A stretch of DNA of 63,692 bases, the filler included, from Nemertoderma westbladi (lineage: Eukaryota; Animalia; Xenacoelomorpha): the NCBI GenBank assembly GCA_032718475.1. It is 4 parts of 4 records of this genome, joined end to end, with 100 filler letters (N's around TTAATTAATTAA, not from the genome) between each part and the next. Parts side by side here need not be neighbours in the genome. Positions count along the whole stretch, not along the records: positions 1 to 23,527 come from JAUCBJ010004895.1; positions 23,628 to 42,688 come from JAUCBJ010006163.1; 2 more parts are not named here. One strand, 5' to 3'. The translations under genes and the position numbers were made by a program. The first letter of the stretch is position 1, and every line of letters starts with the position of its first letter. The notes under the pieces were generated by a model. The model saw only the letters and a program-made list of their open reading frames with translations, was not told the origin of the DNA and searched no databases. Shown here one piece after another: positions 11,766-24,070 of the stretch.

Positions 11766-11910
11766 GGATTTTAGGACAATTGCGTGCGACCTGGACAATT
11801 GCGACCCGGACAATTGCGACCCGGAAACTTGCGACCCATAATTTTTATTTAAAATCATGGGTCGCAATTGACCGGGTCGTAATTGTCCGGGTCGCAATTG
11901 TCCGGACTCC
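11766..11910. mobile_element. MITE made of inverted 15-bp subrepeats (GGACAATTGCGACCC)
   Basis: Tandem 15-mers on the left arm, inverted on the right; near-perfect 8-bp TSD (G/A)GTGGCGG. Confidence 0.7.
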
Positions 11911-12682
11911 AGTGGCGGGGTTATGTTTTTTGTAAATACTATGGAAACAATAAATAAACGATACAAAATGTTTTTTCTTATTTTGTGCAGAAATAGTTAA
12001 TTAAATCCCTCCATGAATATATTGTTAGGGGCCATGTGAAGTATAACAAACTTTAATTTCTGCTTATATTTCACTTTACAGTTTACCCCCATGTGAAAAA
12101 TACCAGGTTTTCACTAAAAACCTATTTTAGAGAAGATTATTGAAATCATTACTATCAATAACACCAATAGTCAATAAGCTCATCAAAAACAACAAATTGG
12201 CAAAGTCTAATATCAGAATCGAGATATGGGAAATACTATAATTTATGTATACTAGAGATGAGTGCTACTATTTTTATGAACAAAGTGCTTTGTTGTATCT
12301 CAATCTGGTAAGCTTAATTAATAAATTTACAGTTTAGAGAACTTCAGTGTTAGTTCAGTACAAGTTAATGTTCAATATAGAGCCACAAAAAAATAAAGAA
12401 CTGAGCAAAAGTAACGATGACAGCCAGATAGGCCTACTGCATTACCCACCGGTAGGCGGGGTATAGCTATTAATAACCAGTAGGGCCTAGCTATATTATT
12501 ATAACATGACTCCAAACGCCACCATAAATATAAGCTAACTAATTTTTATAACATCATTTATGTAATTTTACATTTATTTATACAACAACTAATATAATTT
12601 GTGCAGTTTCTATCACTTATAATGCATATATATGTACAATCATTTCGTAATGTTAAAATTTTGGAATAAAACTACATAGGCC

Positions 12683-12819
12683 TACATACTTGTTGCAAAG
12701 TACTTTACAGTGTTCTTATCCTTGTGGCTTTATTTTCACTCACTCACTAACGTTCGTTCGTGTAACAAAGCCACTCGGATCATCACACTGTAAAATGCTA
12801 CTTTACACACAAGTATGTA
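12683..12819. repeat. Palindromic hairpin element
   Basis: TACATACTTG...TTTACAGTGT...GTGGCTTT is mirrored by AAAGCCAC...ACACTGTAAA...CAAGTATGTA. Confidence 0.6.
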
Positions 12820-13494
12820 AATAGTTATTACAAACCGAAATATTTTCGTCAAAAACATAACATCTCTAAATGTGGCATTGATCACGGTATCTCGAATTCC
12901 AAGTCAAACGAGGTGACAAGTCTACAAGGTGAACAAAAACCACAGTGGATACCAACAACAAAAACACATACGGAATGGTTCGTTACTAGACGCGGATCTA
13001 AAAATTATCGTCACACTACTGTACGCCTATACACCAAATGAGCTATAACCAGGAAGCGGTTTCGTTTTGAAAATCTAATATACTTTCACTATAATATTAT
13101 TATAACGGTGGGAGTTTGTTAGTTTGTACAGGTGTAAACGCCACGCCTCCAACCGACAACTCCAGACATCGATAAATATGAATCTGTATTTTTGTCTTCC
13201 TATCATTATCGTTTTGGTTAGAATAACCTTCCACTGTAACCTGTTCCTTTGCCTCAAGTGATAATTAACCTTTGATAATTATGGCCGATGGCTTTGGTTG
13301 TCGACAGAGGGCGTAGCGTTTATTCCCAGTTAGTATTGCTATTGGTATAATTGAAATGCTGGAAAGTAAAATAAAGCTTTGTGGTAATTATTTTATATTC
13401 GACCGAGACATGGCATGGCAATTAATAACTTACCGTACTTCTCAGGATACTTTCTTCAAAATAACTATTTATTGTACGGTAAATAAAATATGCT

Positions 13495-13591
13495 TTATTT
13501 ACCTTACCGTTCGCCCCGAGATCTGTTATTTACCGACCGAGCGCAGCGAGGGAGGTTAATAAATCAGATCGAGGGGCGAAAAGGTAAATAA
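13495..13591. repeat. Palindromic hairpin element with GAGCGCAGCGAG apex
   Basis: TTATTTACC..TTCGCCCC..GATCTG is mirrored by CAGATC..GGGGCGAA..GGTAAATAA. Confidence 0.6.
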
Positions 13592-13800
13592 CGTGTTTTA
13601 TCGTTTTATAGTTATTTAATGTCAATCATCTCTTGGGCGCTGCGTGCGAAATTCTACATTTACACTCTACATGGTCTGACTCAAACTTGGAGGAAAGGTC
13701 TCTTGGAATTTTCTAGGAGGGTGAGCCTGAGCGCTTGAAAAATGTTATTTTTTTATAATTTAGGCCTACTGTGAACATATTGTTCTATTGTTAGTTGGTT

Positions 13801-13833
13801 CCCGGACGCGCGTAAGCGCGCCTGGGTTGCTAG
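13801..13833 (+). mobile_element. Helitron-like 3' terminus
   Basis: GC-rich hairpin CCCGGACGCGCGTAAGCGCGCCTGGG followed by CTAG then T. Confidence 0.5.
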
Positions 13834-15396
13834 TATATTACATACTGTAATTGCTATAAAGATTTGCTAGTTTGTTTAATGGGTTAATAATGTATCTGTG
13901 AGTAGACATTCAGTGTACTGTACAGTATGTAGTATGGCTATGGCAATGCTTTAATAATGTATGTTTGGAACATTATTAATTCAAATGTGTATTCGACGGT
14001 GGTATTAAATTGGCCAAAGTTATATAATGTCACGCAAACGTCATTTATAAATCATATAAAGGATAGGTCATAATGGTATTGTTCGTTTGTAAAATTAATA
14101 TTGTAAATAATCATGCAGCACTTTGCACATTGCGTCAGCCAATCTAATGACAAAGTCATGTCCTAATGACACGTCATGTCAGCTGAGAATGGATTTTATA
14201 ATTGATGTGACTAGTCGAGCCAATTACTCCATCCATTGTTTTGTGGCGTCGAAAGTCGAAACATTCAATTGTTTATAGTAACAATCATTCATTTGGTGTT
14301 TAGGGTCAGCTGTCAGCACGAGCGCCACAAGGCCGTTTCTGGACGTGACACGTCGAAACGTGTAGGTGGTAGCTCAGTAGTTGCCTATCTCTTACTGCTG
14401 TATTTGTCTGATGCTGTGTACTGCAGTACTGCTGTACTGCCTGACTGCTGGGCAGTGATCTGGCGACAGTGATCTGGCGACAGTGTTACTTCTGTACTTA
14501 TTTGACTGATTATACCAGGTGCTAGGCCTGTAGGCAGCCAGGATCAATGATACAGAGGATCAATGATGCAGATATCTCGACTGCACTCTTAACAATCTTG
14601 TACATTGAAATAGTACTGTAGTACAGTGACAGTAGGCCTAGTAACAAGCCACAAGCACAATGCCAAGCCAGCACTTCAACACGGATTATTCAGTACGGTA
14701 TTTTAGATCTTTATTCTGTCTTCAGTCAGTTAGTATGGTAGCGGTAGGGTAGGCCAAGGCCAAGGCTGCAAGGTCAATCATCCGATGCTTACTGACTTAC
14801 GGACTTAGGCCAATATGCAATAGCCTAGGCGAGGCCTCCTACATCCAACATCCAACGCCTACCTACTCAGCTACTACTGTCGGCATATTAATTATTATGT
14901 CTGTATGTAGGACTGTCTGTCTGTAAACTAGGCCTGTACACCTGTAGGCAGGTAGGCCTAGTAATAAAAGGCAGAATAGGCGAATTAGTAATGAATAGGC
15001 CTACTGTCAGGCTCAGGCTGTACCTGTACGCTGTGCCAGTGTGCTGTATTACGCTGACTTGACAGCTTGACATTGAACTGTTGAATGGGTGGATTGATGG
15101 ATAGGCCTATGCTACGCTACATTACAATTCTGCAATTACCGGTACTCATTTTACAGCATAAATTAATTGTTGATGAAATTTCGTCGTACATCAATCAGTC
15201 AGTATGAGGAGAATGAGGCATATGGCTACGAGGGGGATCCTTGAAGCCACAGCAATACACTAGAATGGTGCCTGTTGGGACAGCTTATATACTGATATAA
15301 GTCTAGATTATTTAATTATTACAGTATTATATATTTATGTTGCAGTATGGTATAGGTAACCAGGTCACAGGTACCGGTAACACAATACAGCAAACA

Positions 15397-16104
15397 ATGC
15401 CTGAAATCGACAGATCGGCTATATTTCAGTTCTTACTGATATTCTTCGCGATACCGGCCCAACTTGTGCTCATGCACTATTTCAGTAGCCCCAAAGAAGA
15501 ACGAGAAATTTCTGCAAAAACTCTAGTCAACAAAGTTGCCTCACAGTTCATGAGAATATCATCCACTAAATATTGGAAGGACAAATGCCGAGTTATGTTA
15601 AAATGGACAGGCGTTGGTTCCATATTAATTCGTATTAATGATATATTTGACCTCGGTGTCGAACAGTCAGACGGAACTGATGAGGACTACAGCGACATTC
15701 TGGAGAGGTTCTCAGAGTCGAATGTGAATACCTTCGAGGAAGTTAAAGACCACCGTCCTGAAAATCTAAAATTCCGCGTAGGTCAGGTCGTTAAACACAA
15801 ACGGTGGGGGTACCGCGCCGCTATTGTCGGTTGGGACCTGACGGCGAAGGCTTCAGAGACCTGGCTGGCGGCCAACCATCCCCCTAATAAAGCCCACTGG
15901 CGGAACCAGCCCAACTACTGGCTACTGGTCGACAACCGGGACCGACCAGGCGACCAGATCACTTACGTGCCACAAGAGAACTTGTATGTCTACGGAAGAT
16001 CCGAGGTAATACACAGCGAAATTGACGAAGTGTTTGAGTATTATGATGGATCGCAATACATAATGAGGCCTTGGGTTAATAAATTATATCCTCAAGATGG
16101 CTAA
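15397..16104 (+). CDS. YccV/HspQ (hemimethylated-DNA-binding-like) domain protein with N-terminal hydrophobic segment, single-exon CDS
   Basis: FRVGQVVKHKRWGYRAAIVGWD...QPNYWLLVD...TYVPQENL...FEYYDG..Y......LYPQD is the YccV-like signature also seen in FBXO21 and POLDIP2; start taken at MPEIDRS (15397); the ORF-track ATG at 15337 precedes a TTGCAG acceptor-like site. Confidence 0.8.
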   Translation: MPEIDRSAIFQFLLIFFAIPAQLVLMHYFSSPKEEREISAKTLVNKVASQFMRISSTKYWKDKCRVMLKWTGVGSILIRINDIFDLGVEQSDGTDEDYSDILERFSESNVNTFEEVKDHRPENLKFRVGQVVKHKRWGYRAAIVGWDLTAKASETWLAANHPPNKAHWRNQPNYWLLVDNRDRPGDQITYVPQENLYVYGRSEVIHSEIDEVFEYYDGSQYIMRPWVNKLYPQDG

Positions 16105-16521
16105 CAATTAATTAATTAGTCTTGATATTTAAGTTCCAGGTTATTCCGTCGACACGTCCATACAATGGGCGGGACATAGCAAGTTCATTCCTATAAGTTG
16201 TAAACCTATTCGAGTTATATTTACGTTTATTGTTTATTACGTTTGTTTTTTTTGAGGTGAATTGAAAACAACTAAAAATATAATAATTTTAAGATTCGCT
16301 AGCCTTTTATTGGTAGTAATATAATATATTTTTATAATTCTCATATTTATTTTACCGAATTATAAATGTAGAATTTGTATGGTTATTTATTGTATATATT
16401 TTATTTCCTCACACAAACACATGCCCACATACAGTATATACGTAAGCGCATAGAGCGGAACAGGGATATAAAAATGTTAATTATTATATAATATAATAAT
16501 ATATATTTTATTCATAGATGT

Positions 16522-17288
16522 GTCAGTGCATATATATAGAAACCAGACAATTCCGGGCAAAATTAATTTTGAGAAATAATGGAGAATGAAGTTAAATGAA
16601 ATAATGTTAAAAAATTTTCAAAACATTTTTTTTTTTCAAAATATATTTATTAGGTATGTTTATCTTCATTGAGCATAAAAGTTTTGAAAAAATGTTATGT
16701 TTTGTCGGTCTGTGTGACTGTCGGTCTCTCTGCCTGCCAAAAATGTAAGGAAGTTTGGTAACTGACTACAATTTTCGTTATGGGGGTATTCGTGGGCGGT
16801 GATTTCATTTCCGATGTCAGGTTTTAAGTTTTATGGATTTAAGACTGTTTGTATGTCTGTCGGACAGACTGACAAACCGACAGACACTCATTCAGTCTAG
16901 ATCACTTCAAGCATGAAAACTGACATCGGAAATGAAATCTCCGACCAGAAATACCCCTACAATAAAATTTTAGTTAGCTAGAATGCTTTTATATTTTTGA
17001 CAGACAGAAAGACAGGTAAACAGAGAGATAGTTAGATTTACTTCTATTTAAAAACAGAGTTTTCGAGTATTTAAATCAATATTTAAAAATTGATATTATA
17101 AAATTGTCCTTTTATTAACTTTCACTATTTCTTTCCTAACTTTTGAACTGTGGGTCGCAATGACATGTGGGTGGGTCCATTAGAAAGCTAATTAAAATGC
17201 GCTTCTTATGCAATACAGAACTATTTTTTTACTAAACTTTTATTTATTATTTTTTCTCGGAATTGTCTGCTTTCTATATGCACTGACA
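16522..17288. mobile_element. Non-autonomous TIR element with internal (GACA)n-containing inverted modules
   Basis: TGTCAGTGCATATA..GAAA(C/G)CAGACAATTCCG inverted at both ends. Confidence 0.6.
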
Positions 17289-17619
17289 TGTTCTGTAATA
17301 AATAATATAATATGGAGTTTTGAATTCGGAATACGAATAAAACGGTAAATTTCATATATTTTTAAAATCGGTAGTGAATTTAAAAAAATTCATTTTTGCT
17401 TCTTTTACTTTTACGAACTTATGATCGGATTTCCCTCAGAGATGGACACGGGCCGGTTTTCCACGGCCCGTGCCCTGTTCTGGTTGTTTGTGCATTATAA
17501 AACTCGAAATACAGTATACTATACACACAATACACACTTTGCGTAGGTCTTCCATGTTCAAACAAATTATGTTTGTTGTTTAAAATGAAATAATGTGCTT
17601 GCCTCAGCATCGTTTTAGG

Positions 17620-18746
17620 GCCCATGTGAAGAATACCAGACTTTCTACCGTTATATTTCACTTTGCAGTTACCCCCACGTGAAGAATACGTCAGGTTTTC
17701 ACCAAAAACACAGGTTACAGAAAGGTTGAATCTAACCAAAACAATAAACGAATTAGTATATGTACAAGTTGTAAGACAGAAATAAGCGCTATAAAACACT
17801 TAATAAAGATAAATTAAAAATGATAAAAAATATTCATATATAAAATTCCAATAAAAAGTCGACCGAACCAAGAATGTTATTACGTTACGTTACGGTATCC
17901 TTTCAGGAATACCGTAGCTCAATATTTTTCCGTAACGTAAACCGTAACGTAATAGCTTTTTCAATACCGTAACGTAATTTTATTGTATATTTTTACCGTA
18001 AACCGTAAAGTAATAGCGTAATATTTGTTTTAGCTACCAAACAATCATTTTGGACTAAAAAGTAAATCTTTCCTCGACAAAAAACTTTGACTTTCACTTG
18101 TACCTTCTAGTTAATTCAATATATAGCTAAATGCTATAATAGGTTTTGTTTGTCTGTACGAGGTCTTCTTATAGCCAGCTTCCTGGCTTCTCCAGTTATT
18201 TATGATGACGTTTTAATTAATAATTACTTAATAGTTAAATTAAGTTTTAATAATTAATGTTAGGCTAACTAAGGCTACTGACTGAACTATTTATACTGAG
18301 TCTCTGCTCTATCCTAGCTGTATCCTATAACAACGTAGTATTCTGTAATGGTATATCATAGATTGACAGGTTACATGATAGGCCTACCTACAGGGCTAGC
18401 GGCTACCTGTATGCCGCATTATGACGTCCTATTACAACACAAGCCAAGCCGTTCTACCAATTTCAAGTTATTTTTACGTTAGACAAAATTAGGATGAAAC
18501 TTTAAATATCTCTTTGTGGTCCTATGGAATCTGAACCGATTACTACGTTACGGTATTTTCGGTAAATACGCAATTATTTTTTTCGGAATACAGTAACGTA
18601 ACGTAATTTGGAAATTATTCCGTAATGTAATATCGTAACGTAAAGTGTTCAGTTTTTCAACCGTAACGTAACATAATACCGTAACGTAACGTAACGTAAA
18701 ACATCCTTGGACCGAACTGTGAAATCCTGGTATTCTTCACATGGGC
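17620..18746. mobile_element. TIR element with 9-10-bp TSD (Mutator-like length), middle of nest
   Basis: TIR GCCCATGTGAAGAATACCAG; flanks (T/G)CGTTTTAGG duplicated; related left end at about 12029-12122. Confidence 0.65.
17869..18709. mobile_element. hAT-type MITE with (CGTAA)n subterminal repeats, innermost of nest
   Basis: TIR CAAG(A/G)ATGTT..TACGTTACG; exact 8-bp TSD GACCGAAC. Confidence 0.8.
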
Positions 18747-19932
18747 GCGTTTTAGGGCAATTTATTAATTTTTCGATAAATAAACATCCCGGCCCGTGTC
18801 CATCTCGGTCTGACTGCCTGGTTGGTACTGTTTTAATAATCTTTACGCACAATAGTTAAATGGAAGTGCATGGATACAAGGATATGATAAATTTAATAGT
18901 TTTAAGACAATGAAAATTGCAAATAATATCCGCGAATCTCTAAACTATGATATACTGACACGTATATTTCCGAATAAAAACTAGCGATTTTAATACTTAA
19001 GATATTATTATTAAAAGTCTTACTTATATATTTATTTATAATTTATAATATTTATTTATATATATTTATTTAACTTCCTAGTTTTTAATAATTTATCTGT
19101 AAGAAATTGGTTGGATAAGAACGAATATATTTGTTTCTTATTGGTTATGAATTATAGTAATTGGTTGTGATACTAAATTATTCTCATACAAAGTTAACAT
19201 TAGTTTTATCAGGTGCAGCGCTGCAGGTGCCAATCTATCTGTTTTGTCATTACTCTAGTAGCCCTTTTATAAAATGAATAAATTATAACATTAAATGAAA
19301 CTAGTTGTGTAGTTTTTATTAAATCTTTACCGGCAGCTTCTGTTTAGGGATATTAGTACTTCCTTGCTTTACACAAACGGTAACAAGATATCTGTTTTGC
19401 TCCATGAATAATATGCCCTCCGCACCCCCCCCCCCCCTCCCCCTCCCCCGGTTAACATTTTTTAATCAAATTTTTTTTATATTTATTCTAGAGCAGATTT
19501 GTATCAAGATTCCAAATTTGAAAACCGTTTAGTTAGATCTGTCTTACTTCTCGAGATACGGCTGTCTGTCCGTTTGACTGTCAGTCTGTCCGTCAGTATG
19601 GCTGTCCTTCAATAAAAAGCATACTATCTGTCTAAAAAATACCCTATAAGGGTTTTCGTGGTCGGTGACTTCATTTCTGATGCCATATTCAAATTTGTGA
19701 TGTCAAATTTGGCCCCGTCGTTTCTGTCTATATGCCTGCCAGTCAAAATAAACAGACAGACTGACTGCCAAACAGACAGACTGACTGCCAAACAGACAAT
19801 ATGGAAGTCATCAATAAAATGACAATCGAAATTAATTCTGCGACTATGAGAACCCATTTCGCTAGATTAACTAGATTGTATGCCATCAGATAGACCGACA
19901 GACAGACATAGAGACTAACTAGATTTCATTAA

Positions 19933-22124
19933 CCCTTTCCAGCCTGATAGCCCCAGAAAATCCCCTGGGTACTACCCTAGAAATATTTAAATTTTTATCA
20001 GATTATAATTTAACCTATTTCGTGAAAATTATAGGTCATTTGTGAAAATAGTCAAATACAAAGATGTACAGAATAGTTAGCTTAGTTAAATGGCGAGGAA
20101 AAAAATAATTAATTTTATTTATAACTAATATATTTATAATAATTAGTTAATAATTTATGTTATTTAAGAAATATATAGGTCGGATTAAAAAATAGTAAAA
20201 TTCAAAGTTGTAGATAATCATCGAATTAGTCGATTAACTAGCAAAACAATTATTTATAACTAATATATTTATAATATTAGTTAATAATTTAAAACTATTT
20301 AAGAAAACTACAGGTTGTATATGAAAATAGTAAAAGTCAAACTTGTAGATAATCATCGTCTTAGTCGATTGGTGAACAAAAATATTTATAACTAATATAT
20401 TTATAATATTAGTTAATAATTTAATACTATTTAAGAAAACTATTGGTCGTCTATTGGTTATTGGAAGTTTATAGAGTATTTCGAAATTCAATATCAAAGA
20501 GAATCATTCAAATCGCGATTTCATTTATAAACGAACTTATTTAATTATTATTACTACAAATATTAATTATAATGCTAATTGATAATTGATAATGATAGAG
20601 TATCTGTAATGTCAAATGTAATGCATATGACTATATGAGTTTGATAGAGAGTGACATGAAATACACTTTTTATTACAACCTTCTCAGATTTGCTGAGTTG
20701 AGAACTAAACACATTATCACAGTCTATAGCAGAATTAGCTCCGAAATATATGAAAGTTGAGAGCAAATAACCCGTATAGTCTGTCAATAAAAACATTTTT
20801 ATGCCAAATCTAGCTCGTTTGGTTTTTATAAACTGTTTGAAGTGTAGTCTTCCTTTGTAAAGAAGCAGACATTCATCGAGAGAAAGTTCCTTCCCTGGAG
20901 TATAAACTTTTACAGTTTTATGAAGTTCATCGAAAAGGTCATTCAATCGAGTCATTTTGTCATCTGGGTCAAACTTATCCAAATCAGAAAATCGAATGTT
21001 TCGAAGAATTTCACAATAACGATCCACATAGATCCACATAGTCACCAACTTTATAATTAGTCACATCAATATCAGTCCGCCATCCAACATTCTGTTGATT
21101 TTCAAAAGTTCTCATTGATATTGAATCAGTTCCAGGTTCAACGAAACTCCATCCCACAGGTGTTGGAACCGGTTCTTCTTCCGATTCTTGTTCTCCTTCG
21201 GATTCCTCTGATTCGGAAGCACTATTGATATCGCTATCGGTGCTGCTGCTTTCAGAGCTGTCGCTGTCCGAGTCAAACCCATACGCCCTAGGTGGATGTC
21301 GTACGCGGTGTGGATATGCCGAATATGTGGTGGCCATTATCAGTCAGAAAGCATAATAATATCAAATTTATTTATAGGTCCTACCTGCTAGATAGGGGGA
21401 GAAACTAGAGACTAGAAACACACTCAAAATACAACTACCTCTGGGAAAAACGATGCAAATAGGAGATGACAACAGAACAGATTTCCAATATGAAACTGTA
21501 ACCTGTGTTATACTGTTATAGGCTTTCGTTTAGTGTTTTGGTTAGAATAGCCTACCAAAGTACTCAGTACTGTAAACTGTTCCTTTCCCTAAATTGAAAA
21601 TTAACCTGGTTGATTCGCCCAGGCGGGTTTGCGTTTCACCTCTGTCCTGTCTCCTACCTGAATGAAAAAAAAATCGCTCAGCACACTACCGGTAGTGGGA
21701 ACCTAACATACATACACATAAGGGATGCTAACGGCTTGCATTACCAAAATGTGCTCGGCGCTCAAAAGTGAGACTGAAACCTTGCCCGGGTGACCATCTA
21801 CCAGCATGCAAAAAATCACGTAATTTAATCTCGGCATTCTCACTCAGGAGGAGCACAACGTACACTGCCGTTTATTACTACCAGGTAGGCCATTAGCTAA
21901 TATAGGATGCAAAGATAGATAAATTCACTTTGAATTTCCCGCCAGTTTATGTTAACCCAATGTAAGAAAGATTTATAACTGCTCTATACTGCTTTTATAA
22001 CACTGCTAGTACTGCTCTGGTTGCAGTAAGCTGCATTAGATATAGGTGTTTCGTCATGGACTAACAGTTAGTCCATCGAGCAGTACCATGGTGGACTAAC
22101 AGTTAGTCCATAGGCTGCAAAGGG
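19933..22124 (-). mobile_element. piggyBac element, internally deleted
   Basis: TTAA TSDs (19929-32, 22125-28), TIR CCCTTT(C/G)CAGCCT, transposase remnant, three roughly 135-bp AT-rich repeats (20100-20460), two palindromes TGGACTAACAGTTAGTCCA near the right end. Confidence 0.9.
20575..21337 (-). pseudogene. Truncated, frameshifted piggyBac (PGBD4-like) transposase
   Basis: Acidic/Ser-rich N-terminus (21011-21337), then YTPGKELSLDECLLLYKGRLHFKQFIKTKRARFGIKMF in another frame; later catalytic aspartates missing. Confidence 0.85.
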
Positions 22125-23527
22125 TTAAAAGTGATAACTGACCTCTGAAATGAAATCAGCGACCAGGAAAACCCCCATAGCTTAAATCTTAGCATGGTTT
22201 TGTGCTTTCGTGTTGCTAGAAATATATTGACAGACATTCTTACATATTAACAGACAGTTTTTATGAGGGAAGTTTAACATTTTAAAGGCAATTATCTCAG
22301 AATGGAATTTGTTGGCACTACTCAACTCATTCGCCATTTTTCAACCAATTTGGTAGTTTTTGGTATAACATGAAAGCTAGTAGTGCGTGCAATAATAAAA
22401 TTCTGTCAGTTTATTTTGTTTTGAGTTTTTTAGTTTTGCAATAATATTTCATCTGTTATAACATTTTTTACGGAAAAGGTGCTTTTTTTTTTGAAAATTT
22501 GAAATTTATTTTGATAAATAGCGGTATTTTTCTTTGAAAAGTTCGAAATAAAAATTCTGCTCGAATTTTGTCACGTAATCGACCATGCTGATTCAAAAAA
22601 CAGGTTACAACTTCTGAAAATAAAGCATAACAAAAGAGTAGCAATTTAAGTCAAAAATATATATTTTGGCTCTGGCCGCTAAGGGGGGTAAAAAGTTATT
22701 TTTTTGTGAATTTTTTTTCAAAATTTACCATTCAATAATATAGTCCACTCAAAATGCATCTTACACTTTATTTCTACTTATTCGCTTTGTGGAGCAGTAT
22801 GCATTTCAAAATTTTAACTTCCAAGCCAGCCCCCCCTTAAATAATTTTCACTCGACTGGTGCCAGTCTCCGCATTAGACTAGGTAGCTGCTACCGGTAGC
22901 TAACTGCGTTCTGCTACTTACAACGGGTCACATACGTTTCGGTCTAAGACGTTTTGGACTAGGACGTTTCGTTTCTGTTCAGACCCCCACGATATTGGCC
23001 TCTTATCTGGTCATATATAATATACAAGGCACTTCGCAGGGTAGCACGAAGCGGGTTGGTGTATGTTGATTTGCTGTTTTCGTCGGAGAGCGGGGTGGAG
23101 TCCTGGTGTGGGGGGGGGGGGGGGGGGGGGTGATGAGTTAAAGTGTTGCAGCAGTTCCGCGGCATTAATAACACTGCCCCCCACCCCCCCCCCCCCATAA
23201 AGATAACCCCTTTACTGCTGCTATCAGGGAAACCAGCGGATAAATTGCAACTCAAGGATCCCTTTTAATTATTATTTTAAATAAATGTTTACTAGCGCAC
23301 CGTAGAATCTCTAATAAATACTACAAGGTTATTAAAACCGGGGTGAATTACACAACTTAACATCACCATGCGAGGGGTGTATTTATCAGATAGACGTTTA
23401 AATTATTATATAAATAATCACAACAAATTTATTAATAATTATTGGCATAGAGTGACGCACATAATTTTATGGAAATAGTTTCGCATGGACTATGTCGCAC
23501 TCGCACATTACCATTGTGCAATAAATA

Positions 23528-23627
23528 NNNNNNNNNNNNNNNNNNNNNNNNNNNNNNNNNNNNNNNNNNNNTTAATTAATTAANNNNNNNNNNNNNNNNN
23601 NNNNNNNNNNNNNNNNNNNNNNNNNNN
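23528..23627. other. Assembly spacer (44N-TTAATTAATTAA-44N)
   Basis: Identical 100-nt construct occurs three times; the 12-mer gives stops in all six frames. Confidence 0.97.
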
Positions 23628-24070
23628 ACCTCTTCCTATATTTAATAATAACCTACCAAACCTACTGTACCAATAATTACATAACCAAACCTCTTCCTAT
23701 ATTTAATAATAACCTACCAAGCCTACTGTACCAATAATTACATAACCAAACCTCTTCCTATATTTAATAATAACCTACCAAGCCTACTGTACCAATAATT
23801 ACATAACCATACCTCCTCCTATATTTAATAATAACCTACCAAACCTACTGTACCAATGATTACATAACCATTACCTCTTCCTATATTTAATAATAACCTA
23901 CCAAACCTACCTGTACCAATAATTACATAACCAAACATCTTCCTATATTTAATAATAACCTACCAAGCCTACTGTACCAATAATTACATAACCAAACCTC
24001 TTCCTATATTTAATAATAACCTACCAAACCTACTGTACCAATGATAACATAACCATACCTCTTCCTATAT
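23628..24070. repeat. 61-bp minisatellite, at least 7 copies, runs into the gap
   Basis: Unit ACCTCTTCCTATATTTAATAATAACCTACCAAACCTACTGTACCAATAATTACATAACCAA. Confidence 0.95.

Larger units (their letters stand above)
17437..18808. mobile_element. hAT-like MITE, outermost of three nested TIR elements
   Basis: TIR C(A/C)GAGATGGACACGGGCCGG at both ends; no TSD recognised. Confidence 0.6.

Noticed and set aside
23572-23583. TTAATTAATTAA as a biological motif (also in the other two gaps)
   Set aside because: Centred in identical N runs; an artificial six-frame stop linker
23628-24070. CRISPR-like array
   Set aside because: Units are contiguous near-identical 61-mers with no unique spacers; eukaryotic context and no cas genes
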